DNA from: Nitrospiria bacterium
Lineage (GTDB): Bacteria > Nitrospirota > Nitrospiria > DATECO01
Direction: 5' to 3'
Length of the DNA stretch: 32,997 nt
Assembly (NCBI GenBank): GCA_035286865.1
Contig: DATECO010000170.1
Span: 1-32,997 of the forward strand
A program made the position numbers and the translations under genes. How positions within the stretch are numbered: the stretch's first letter is position 1; every line of letters begins with the position of its first letter. The notes under the pieces were generated by a model. That model saw only the letters and a list, made by a program, of their open reading frames with translations, was not told the DNA's origin and searched no databases. This document shows positions 21,445 to 28,231 of this stretch, one piece after another.

Positions 21445-21473
21445 ATTTTATCATCTCAATCTATAACGGTCAA
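21445..21473 (-). promoter_or_regulatory. Sigma70-like promoter TTGACC-N17-TAAAAT upstream of arc
   Basis: On the minus strand, -35 is at 21473-21468 and -10 at 21450-21445, inside an AT-rich stretch. It is followed by the inverted repeat ATCTC-N4-GAGAT (about 21421-21434). Confidence 0.4.
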
Positions 21474-21660
21474 CTGTTTATATATTTTTATAGCTTCTTA
21501 TATCATCGAGGCCGAGTCACGAGATGCTGCTCTCTCTTTTTTAGAGATGAATACCCATCGCGAGCGCGAGTGAGTGTGGACAGGCCCCGCTGACGCGCCA
21601 GATCACAATGATAGGAAAACTTCGATTCTCGGAACAAATCAGGAGGAGCTCTCTAGCGCG

Positions 21661-22320
21661 TTAATGTCTGTCGTGACAGCGCTCCAGTTCAGTGATCAGG
21701 GCTGCGGCAGCCTCCTTCGGGTCCTCAGCCATGAGTATAGCGGAGATTAAAGCTACCCCATCTGCCCCCGCGCTTCGCACGTCCTGGACACTTTTCCTCC
21801 GGATCCCGCCCAGGGCAAAGAGGGGTATCTTTATATGGGCCCGCACGGTTCTTAGCACATCGAGACCGAGGGGTGCTCCATACTGGGTCTTGGTCGGGGT
21901 CTCATAAATCGGGCCCAGGGTAATGAAATCGGCCCCTTCTCCTTCGGCCCGTTTGGCCTCCTCGAGGGAATGTGTTGAGACACCGATGAGTTTAGCATCG
22001 CCGAGGACTTTACGAGCTATCCGAGTGGGTACACTATTGGATGGGAGATGGACCCCGTCGGCATCCACTGCCAGGCAGATATCCATGCGGTCATTGATGA
22101 GAAGCCGGGCTGGAACCTTGGCCGTCAACCCTCTCATGGCCTGAGCCAGAGAAAGGAGTTCCCGTGTGGGGAGATCCTTTTCCCTGAGCTGGACGACTCT
22201 AACTCCCCCGGCAAGCGCCGCATCGACCACCTGGGGCAGAGGTCTCCCTTGTGTTTGAAATCGATCTGTAATGAGGTAAACGGGCGGGTGAAGGAGAGCG
22301 GTTCTCAAAACCTTATTCAA
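21661..22320 (-). CDS. thiE: Thiamine-phosphate synthase
   Basis: 219 aa. VYLITDR, VQLREKD, and a TIM-barrel ThiE pattern. No ATG is available: an in-frame stop lies immediately upstream, so the start must be TTG (22320 or 22308). 8-nt overlap with thiG. Confidence 0.9.
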   Translation of the reverse strand: MNKVLRTALLHPPVYLITDRFQTQGRPLPQVVDAALAGGVRVVQLREKDLPTRELLSLAQAMRGLTAKVPARLLINDRMDICLAVDADGVHLPSNSVPTRIARKVLGDAKLIGVSTHSLEEAKRAEGEGADFITLGPIYETPTKTQYGAPLGLDVLRTVRAHIKIPLFALGGIRRKSVQDVRSAGADGVALISAILMAEDPKEAAAALITELERCHDRH

Positions 22321-23092
22321 TCATGCCTTCTATCGGGCTGCTGGCCGTAGCATATAACTTCTTGGGGATCCTTCCTGCCAGATAGGCCTGTCGTCCCGCG
22401 ATGACGGCATACTTCATGGCCTCAGCCATCCGGATCGGATCCTTAGCCCCGGCGATCCCAGTATTCATAAGGACCCCATGACATCCGAGTTCCATTGCAA
22501 TGGTGGCATCGGACGCGGTGCCCACCCCTGCATCCACGATCACAGGCACCCTTACCGTTTCCAGGATAATACGTATATTATAAGGATTGCGAATTCCTAA
22601 CCCGGACCCAATGGGGGCGGCTAGAGGCATCACCGCTGCGCAACCGATCTCCTCGAGACGCTTAGCCACCACGGGATCATCATTCGTATAGGGCAGCACG
22701 ATGAAGCCCTCCTTTACCAAAATCTTGGCAGCCTCCAGCAGTCCGGCCGTATCGGGGAAAAGGGTCTTCTCGTCCCCGATCACCTCAAGTTTGACCATAT
22801 CCGAGATTCCTGCAGCCCTGGCCAGGTGCGCTGTCCTGATGGCATCCTGCACGGTGTAACATCCCGCTGTGTTTGGAAGGATCTTGTAGACCTTGGGATT
22901 GATGTAATCGAGAAGATTTTCTTTGGTGCGGTCCAGAACATTAACCCGCCGGACCGCCACGGTGATCACATCTGCCCCTGAGGCTTCAGTGGCCTTCTGG
23001 GTTTCTATAAAGTCCTTATACTTCCCGGAACCGACAATGAGACGGGATTTGAACTCAATCCCCCCTACTACCAGCCGGTCATGGACGTCCAT
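22313..23092 (-). CDS. thiG: Thiazole synthase
   Basis: [12 protein letters not shown] and VKLEVIGD (Schiff-base Lys region). ATG 23092 lies one nt after the thiS TAA, with GGAGG inside the thiS tail. The track's longer form (23116) overlaps thiS. Confidence 0.95.
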   Translation of the reverse strand: MDVHDRLVVGGIEFKSRLIVGSGKYKDFIETQKATEASGADVITVAVRRVNVLDRTKENLLDYINPKVYKILPNTAGCYTVQDAIRTAHLARAAGISDMVKLEVIGDEKTLFPDTAGLLEAAKILVKEGFIVLPYTNDDPVVAKRLEEIGCAAVMPLAAPIGSGLGIRNPYNIRIILETVRVPVIVDAGVGTASDATIAMELGCHGVLMNTGIAGAKDPIRMAEAMKYAVIAGRQAYLAGRIPKKLYATASSPIEGMIE

Positions 23093-23093
23093 T

Positions 23094-23300
23094 TTATAAT
23101 ATTCCTCCCCCCACAAAGCCTATCACTTCGACCTGATCCCCCTCTTTAAAGAAGGTGCTCTTTAAGTCGTGTCGATCTATAATCTGGAGATTGACCTCCA
23201 CCGCCACGCGATCCGGATTGATCCCGACCTCCTCCAGTAGCGATGATATCGTCGTGGACTCTGTCACTTCACGAGCCGCCCCGTTCAGGACGATTTTCAA
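23094..23300 (-). CDS. thiS: Sulfur-carrier protein ThiS (beta-grasp) with a two-residue extension after the GG terminus
   Basis: 68 aa. [12 protein letters not shown]...[15 protein letters not shown] is typical ThiS throughout, but the frame reads GTG GGG GGA GGA ATA TTA TAA, so Ile-Leu follow Gly-Gly. TTG start with AGGAG 6 nt upstream. Confidence 0.85.
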   Translation of the reverse strand: MKIVLNGAAREVTESTTISSLLEEVGINPDRVAVEVNLQIIDRHDLKSTFFKEGDQVEVIGFVGGGIL

Positions 23301-23323
23301 AATGATCTCCTGGAATTAGCCTC

Positions 23324-23353
23324 ATTATAGGGGATTCAGAGAATCCTTGTCAA
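23324..23353 (-). promoter_or_regulatory. Near-consensus sigma70 promoter TTGACA-N18-TATAAT for thiSGE, with a palindrome in the spacer
   Basis: On the minus strand, -35 is at 23353-23348 and -10 at 23329-23324. The spacer contains the perfect inverted repeat GGATTC-N3-GAATCC (23332-23346). The predicted leader to the thiS TTG is only about 17 nt. Confidence 0.5.
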
Positions 23354-23651
23354 TAAGACCTCCAGACCCATCCCTAGAAGCTCAATATATAATAATGGAG
23401 AGTTTCTCCGGTTTAATCCAGCCTAAATTTGCCTCCTGTTTCCTTACTTTCAAGGTGAATCTTCTGAAGGTTTTCTGAGGAAGAGGGATCAGGAAGAGTC
23501 ATCTAAGGCTTTAGCGCAACTCTTTGAAAGGTTTGATCTCTTATAAGCCAGCGAGTTTAGGGCCAATTTAGATATCGATCGATCTGGTGGCCTTCTCGCA
23601 TGCAAAAATTTTGGATTGCAAAATATTCGGAAAGATGATAAATATATAGAT

Positions 23652-24107
23652 ATGTTAATGCAGATGAAGGTCCGGGGTCTGATGTTTGACCCTTACAGTA
23701 ACGCCTATATCGTCATCCTCCGAGATGAGGACAATACCGAGGTCCTTCCCATTTGGGTCGGAAAGGCGGAGGCCAATGCCATCAGCTTTGCCCTGGAGGG
23801 AATCTCCACCCCCAGGCCCATGGCGCATGATCTTATTAGAAATACGCTGGATGCCCTCAATGCCAAATTGATTAGTGTAGTGGTCACGGATCTTCGTGAC
23901 AATACCTATTTCGCCAAGCTCCACTTGCAATACAAAGACTCAGAGTATACGGTGGATTCCCGACCCAGTGATGCCATTGCCCTGGCCCTGCGTGCGGATT
24001 CCCCAATTTTCGCCAGCGAGGAAGTGATCCAAAAGCACAGCTCTGAGGAATTGGATCGCTGGCTGGACAACTTAAGGCCCGAGGATTTTGGAAAATACGA
24101 TGCCTGA
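23652..24107 (+). CDS. DUF151 / bifunctional-nuclease (BFN) domain protein, copy 1
   Basis: The core VLPIWVGKAEANAISFALEGISTPRPMAHDL...DNTYFAKL...VDSRPSDAIALALRADSPIFASEEV matches the BFN/DUF151 family (Thermotoga TM0160-like). Start is ambiguous: TTG 23616 in the track, or ATGs at 23652, 23658 or 23664. Confidence 0.85.
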   Translation: MLMQMKVRGLMFDPYSNAYIVILRDEDNTEVLPIWVGKAEANAISFALEGISTPRPMAHDLIRNTLDALNAKLISVVVTDLRDNTYFAKLHLQYKDSEYTVDSRPSDAIALALRADSPIFASEEVIQKHSSEELDRWLDNLRPEDFGKYDA

Positions 24108-24816
24108 TACCCGCTTCTCATCAACGGCGATGGTGACGATGCCGAAAAGGCTTGCCACAACAGGCCTCATGAACGGACATATTGTACGCAAGGCAATGCA
24201 AGCGTATCTCAATGAGAATGTCTTCATGGGGATGGTCCTGTCGTGCGTAGAGGTGTACAAGAAGGAGTGCTTCGGTCTGCTCTTGGGTTATCGGACCCCG
24301 GAAAAGTACATCGTGGAACACGCCATTCCCTATCAGACCGTGCGGCGTGGACATAACTGGGCAGAGCTCAGTCACGATAAGTGGAAGGTCATTCAGGAAA
24401 TCCTGAAGAATTTTCCAAAACTCGATGTCCTGGGGGATTTTCACTCGCACACGATGTATCGAGATATCAAGGCACAGGTCTCCCTCAGCCGTGACGACAT
24501 CGAATACATGGACCCGCAAGATCTTCAGATCGTCATTGCGGTGAACGAAAAAAAGCGGACCCGGGATTGGTCCTTGAATTCGGATCGCACCATTTCCGGG
24601 TCCATCGATCGGTTCTATTTTAAGATTGCCGCCTACTATTTTGATCACCCATCGGTCAAGGATTTTCACCCGCTGTCCTCCATTGCCACCTTAGGCGGGG
24701 GAGCTTCTGGCGGGCAAGCTGGGGCAGGAGCACGCCAGAATGGGAACGGAGGGCGACCAGGCCGGCCTAGGATGGCCGATATTCTCTGCCCATTTGTAAT
24801 GGGATATAAATCATAA
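24100..24816 (+). CDS. JAMM/MPN+ (JAB) metalloprotease-like protein with a Gly-rich C-terminal tail
   Basis: ECFGLLLG (catalytic Glu context), then GDFHSHTMYRDIKAQVSLSRDDI, which fits H-x-H-x12-S-x-x-D. All JAMM ligand and catalytic positions are present, with a longer-than-canonical spacer. ATG 24100 lies inside the last codons of BFN copy 1 (ATGCCTGA overlap). The tail is LGGGASGGQAGAGARQNGNGGRPGRPR. Confidence 0.65.
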   Translation: MPDTRFSSTAMVTMPKRLATTGLMNGHIVRKAMQAYLNENVFMGMVLSCVEVYKKECFGLLLGYRTPEKYIVEHAIPYQTVRRGHNWAELSHDKWKVIQEILKNFPKLDVLGDFHSHTMYRDIKAQVSLSRDDIEYMDPQDLQIVIAVNEKKRTRDWSLNSDRTISGSIDRFYFKIAAYYFDHPSVKDFHPLSSIATLGGGASGGQAGAGARQNGNGGRPGRPRMADILCPFVMGYKS

Positions 24817-24936
24817 TTGCGGCCGCACCTCAGCTTTACGGTAAGGGGTCGGGGCTGGCGGATTAGAGGACCGTGCAATTCGGGGAGAGGACACATCCAC
24901 GATCTGTCGTACGAGGCAATGGAGAGATAAATAAGA

Positions 24937-25392
24937 ATGGAAGTCAAGCTCAGCGTGCATGGAATCCTCTCTGACTCGGCAAGTGAGGCACAAATCATCA
25001 TCCTCCGAGACGAAAAGGCGGTGGAGATTCTTCCCATCTGGGTAGGGGTGGCCGAGGGGAATGCCATCCGGTTTGCCATTGAGGGCATTATGTCGGCCCG
25101 TCCACTGACCCATGACCTCCTCAGGAACCTCATCGAGCATCTGAGGGTAGAGGTTTTGAAGGTGGTCATCACCGAGATCCGAAATAATACCTACTATGCG
25201 ACAATCTTTATGAAGCATGATGGGGCCAGCTTGACGATTGATGCAAGGCCCAGCGATGCGATTGCCCTGGCCCTGAGGAGCAAGTGTCCGATTTATGCTG
25301 CCCCAGAAGTCCTCAAGAGAAAATCCCAGGAGAATTTAGATGCCTGGCTGGAGCGTCTTAAGCCAAAAGATTTTGGCAAGTACGATGCCTGA
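24937..25392 (+). CDS. DUF151 / bifunctional-nuclease (BFN) domain protein, copy 2
   Basis: ILPIWVGVAEGNAIRFAIEGIMSARPLTHDL...NNTYYATI...IDARPSDAIALALRSKCPIYAAPEV. About half of the residues match copy 1 in a gapless manual alignment, and the C-terminus DFGKYDA is the same. Confidence 0.85.
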   Translation: MEVKLSVHGILSDSASEAQIIILRDEKAVEILPIWVGVAEGNAIRFAIEGIMSARPLTHDLLRNLIEHLRVEVLKVVITEIRNNTYYATIFMKHDGASLTIDARPSDAIALALRSKCPIYAAPEVLKRKSQENLDAWLERLKPKDFGKYDA

Positions 25393-25451
25393 GCCCTGCG
25401 GCCAGGTGTAGGATTTCAATTCTCGAGAAAAAGAACGGAAGATCCGGAATC

Positions 25452-26066
25452 ATGCGAATGCGGCCTCGGGGCAAAATGGACTGCCGGCTTTTTTTATTTT
25501 TTTTATTTCTGGGTACAGTGCCAATCTCATCAGGGTGGGCGGAAGGGGAGTCCATCTTAGAGCGAGGGAGTCACAGTGTCTCAAGACCCGTACAGGAGGT
25601 GGTCCAGGGGGCCCTCCAGGCCCTCAAGGCTGTGGTGGACTTGTGGAGAGATCAAAAGTTTGATGACCTTTATGAGTTGGGAACGGTACAGTCCCGAGGT
25701 CAATTCTCAAAAGAGCAGTTCATCGAGCTGATGAAAAACAGCAACAAAAAGCTTCAGTGCTGCTGGGCCACCATGCAGGACCCAGAGGGATTTCTTGAGT
25801 CACCCACCCAGGTCGCTGTACAGGCTAAGCTGGGTTATGAGAACTTTCAGAACACAAAGTACGCCACCCCGGATCGGGATGCTGAATCGGCCCAATGGGT
25901 AATTTCGTCCAGTTTTGATTCCCAGACCTTTCTGATGGTTCTGCAACAGGAGAGGTGGCGGATCGACCTGACCGAGATCCTTCTGGCCAGCGGCTACCAT
26001 CAAGAAGGCGTGGGATTGACTGGAATGGATGGCCAGGCATCGGGCTTTGCCAGTGATAAGCCCTGA
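25452..26066 (+). CDS. Exported hypothetical protein (signal peptide; possibly an NTF2-like fold)
   Basis: The N-terminus ...MDCRLFLFFLFLGTVPISSGWAEGE looks like a signal peptide. The real start may be the third ATG at 25476. No catalytic motif recognised. Confidence 0.5.
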   Translation: MRMRPRGKMDCRLFLFFLFLGTVPISSGWAEGESILERGSHSVSRPVQEVVQGALQALKAVVDLWRDQKFDDLYELGTVQSRGQFSKEQFIELMKNSNKKLQCCWATMQDPEGFLESPTQVAVQAKLGYENFQNTKYATPDRDAESAQWVISSSFDSQTFLMVLQQERWRIDLTEILLASGYHQEGVGLTGMDGQASGFASDKP

Positions 26067-26074
26067 TTTTTATC

Positions 26075-26102
26075 TTGACTTGTAAAGAATTTTGAATACA
26101 AT
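26075..26102 (+). promoter_or_regulatory. Possible promoter TTGACT-N16-TACAAT for rplM-rpsI
   Basis: -35 at 26075-26080 and -10 at 26097-26102. It overlaps the track's TTG start (26092), which argues for the ATG 26119 start of rplM. The implied leader is very short. Confidence 0.35.
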
Positions 26103-26118
26103 AAATTTATCCTTCAAA

Positions 26119-26565
26119 ATGAAAACACCTTCGATTAAGGAAACGTCCGTTAGCCGAAAATGGTATGTGGTGGATGCCGAAGGCCAGATCCTGGGGAGGC
26201 TGGCCTCCCGTGTGGCGTCCCTATTGCGGGGAAAGCACAAACCGATCTTCACCCCTCACGTGGACACCGGAGACCATGTCGTCGTCATCAATGCCCAGAA
26301 TATACGCCTGAGCGGAGATAAACTGAGGAGCAAGATTTACTACCATCACAGCGGCTACCCGGGAGGGCTAAAGTACACGACCGCAGGGATGCTGAAGAGT
26401 TCCAAGCCGGAACGCCTGGTCCATTTCGCAATCCAGGGGATGCTTCCCAAGAACAAGCTGGGTCGGGCGATGATCAAAAAGCTCCGGATCTACGCAGGGG
26501 CCGATCATCCTCATCATGCCCAGCGACCAGAACCCTTGATGGCCAGTCAAAGGAAAGGCAAGTAA
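26119..26565 (+). CDS. rplM: 50S ribosomal protein L13
   Basis: [52 protein letters not shown] is a canonical L13 N-terminus. Confidence 0.95.
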   Translation: MKTPSIKETSVSRKWYVVDAEGQILGRLASRVASLLRGKHKPIFTPHVDTGDHVVVINAQNIRLSGDKLRSKIYYHHSGYPGGLKYTTAGMLKSSKPERLVHFAIQGMLPKNKLGRAMIKKLRIYAGADHPHHAQRPEPLMASQRKGK

Positions 26566-26568
26566 GGG

Positions 26569-26961
26569 ATGAGCAGCGTGCAGTACCACAACACCGGGAA
26601 ACGCAAGAATGCGGTGGCCCGTGTCTGGCTAACGCCTGGGCAGGGAAGCATCAGCGTGAATCAGCGGTCCCTGGAGGATTACTTTCCTCGGGAGATCTGG
26701 AGGATGCAGGTTAAACAACCCCTCGAGCTGTGCGGTCTCATGGGACAGTATAATGTTATGGCCAATGTCTATGGGGGAGGCCTGACGGGACAGGCAGGGG
26801 CGATCCGGCACGGGATCGCCAGGGCCCTTCTCGAAGTGGATCCGAAATTAAGGGGCCGGTTGAGAAAAGAAGGGTTTCTCACGCGGGATTCGCGGATCAA
26901 GGAGCGCAAGAAATATGGGCAGAAAGGTGCTCGGAAGAGGTTTCAGTATTCTAAGCGGTAG
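26569..26961 (+). CDS. rpsI: 30S ribosomal protein S9
   Basis: 130 aa. [12 protein letters not shown]...[19 protein letters not shown]...[18 protein letters not shown]. Confidence 0.96.
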   Translation: MSSVQYHNTGKRKNAVARVWLTPGQGSISVNQRSLEDYFPREIWRMQVKQPLELCGLMGQYNVMANVYGGGLTGQAGAIRHGIARALLEVDPKLRGRLRKEGFLTRDSRIKERKKYGQKGARKRFQYSKR

Positions 26962-26985
26962 TTGTGGGGTCAAGACTCCTTTGTA

Positions 26986-27018
26986 AAGGAAGGCGCCTTG
27001 GCCTTCCTTTTTTTATTT
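26986..27018 (+). terminator. Rho-independent terminator after rpsI
   Basis: AAGGAAGGC (26986-26994), loop GCCTTG, GCCTTCCTT (27001-27009), followed by TTTTTATTT. Confidence 0.75.
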
Positions 27019-27057
27019 CCAATTCTAGTGTGAGTCAGTGGGACCGAGGAGGTTAAC

Positions 27058-28101
27058 ATGATCCGGGTGGCGGTGGTCGGAGGCAGCGGATATACGGGGG
27101 CAGAATTGCTCCGACTTCTCTGCCAGCATCCCCAGGTCAGACTCACCGCCGTAACTTCCGAGCAGTCGGTGGGCAAGGGGGTGGGTGAGGTCTTCCCCTC
27201 CCTTCAGCATCGGCTCTTGCTTGCATATGAGGTCCTGGATGTAACAACGATCTCCCAGAAGGCCGACTTTTTCTTTGTGGCCCTTCCCTCAGGCTCTGCG
27301 ATGGAGCCGGTGGCCCAGCTGGTGGAGAGAGGGAAAAAGGTGGTAGATCTCTCGGCCGACTATCGCCTACGGGATGCCCAGCAGTACCAGGAGTGGTACC
27401 ATCAACCCCACCGTTACCCATCGCTTTTGGATCGTGCGGTCTATGGCCTGCCGGAAATTTATCGTGAACAAATCCAGACGGCCCATCTGGTGGCCAACCC
27501 AGGCTGTTATCCGGTCACAGTGATCCTGGCCCTGCTTCCGATCCTCAAAAACGGCCTCATGGACCTGAACCGGCCTATCCTGATTGACTCAAAATCCGGC
27601 ATCTCGGGGGCCGGGAGAACCCCAGCCCTGACCTATCATTTTCCAGAAATCCAGGAGGGGGTGATGGCCTATGGGCTTGGCCAGCACCGCCACATCCCAG
27701 AGATGGAGCAGGAACTCTCCAGTCTGGCCGGAGGGGCCGTGAAGGTCACCTTCACCCCCCACCTGATCCCCATCAACCGAGGAATTCTCAGTACAATTTA
27801 TCTCTCCCTCAATCCATCCATGGAGACTCAGTCCCTGATCAATCTCTATAGGGACTTTTACAAGACCGAACCTTTCGTGCAGGTCCTGAATAGCGGTCTC
27901 TCGCCCAATCCGCATCACGTAAGGGGCTCCAATCTCTGCCAGATCGGGATCCTTGTGAATCAACGTACAGGGGTGACCGTCTTGCTCTCTGCCATCGACA
28001 ACCTGGTCAAAGGGGCAGCCGGACAAGCCATACAAAATATGAATCTGATGATGGGACTTGATGAAATCCTGGGACTCGGGTCCCCCGGCCTTTTTCCATA
28101 A
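27058..28101 (+). CDS. argC: N-acetyl-gamma-glutamyl-phosphate reductase
   Basis: 347 aa. MIRVAVVGGSGYTGAELLRLL NAD(P)-binding N-terminus and catalytic Cys context ANPGCYPV. Confidence 0.95.
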   Translation: MIRVAVVGGSGYTGAELLRLLCQHPQVRLTAVTSEQSVGKGVGEVFPSLQHRLLLAYEVLDVTTISQKADFFFVALPSGSAMEPVAQLVERGKKVVDLSADYRLRDAQQYQEWYHQPHRYPSLLDRAVYGLPEIYREQIQTAHLVANPGCYPVTVILALLPILKNGLMDLNRPILIDSKSGISGAGRTPALTYHFPEIQEGVMAYGLGQHRHIPEMEQELSSLAGGAVKVTFTPHLIPINRGILSTIYLSLNPSMETQSLINLYRDFYKTEPFVQVLNSGLSPNPHHVRGSNLCQIGILVNQRTGVTVLLSAIDNLVKGAAGQAIQNMNLMMGLDEILGLGSPGLFP

Positions 28102-28148
28102 ATGATCCGGCGTCCGGCTCTGCCGGCGACGGGCGGGGGCGCGGGGGC

Positions 28149-28170
28149 ACCTGCCTGCCGGCAGGCAGGT
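28149..28170. repeat. 22-bp perfect palindrome ACCTGCCTGCCGGCAGGCAGGT in the GC-rich argC-argJ spacer
   Basis: Read directly from the sequence. A weak T-tract (CTTTTCCCTTTGT) follows 8 nt downstream of the palindrome on the plus strand. Confidence 0.8.
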
Positions 28171-28231
28171 CGGAGGACTTTTCCCTTTGTGTAGCCGCAC
28201 GGGCCCCCGCATAATATAGGACAATTCGCGC

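Noticed and set aside
21600-21660. tRNA-like TTCGATTC string in the thiE-arc spacer
   Set aside because: No acceptor, D or anticodon stems can be drawn around it. It is an isolated resemblance to a T-loop.
23301-23615. Possible TPP (THI-box) riboswitch upstream of thiS
   Set aside because: I looked for the CUGAGA ... ACCUGAUCUGGAUAAUGCCAGCG core. I found only scattered partial matches (CTCAGA, CCTGATCC, GGCTGGATTAAACCGG), in the wrong order or orientation. The near-consensus promoter also leaves only about a 17-nt leader. An Rfam scan is needed to be certain.
23301-23615. Strand-switch point (minus-strand genes to the left, plus-strand genes to the right) as a replication origin
   Set aside because: No DnaA-box-like 9-mers (TTATCCACA and close variants), no dnaA/dnaN neighbourhood, and no pronounced AT-rich unwinding element. 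Divergent promoters explain it adequately.
24121-25218. Minus-strand ORFs of 182, 168 and 135 aa opposite the JAMM and BFN copy 2 genes
   Set aside because: The plus-strand frames carry clear family motifs (JAMM, DUF151). The antisense frames have none.
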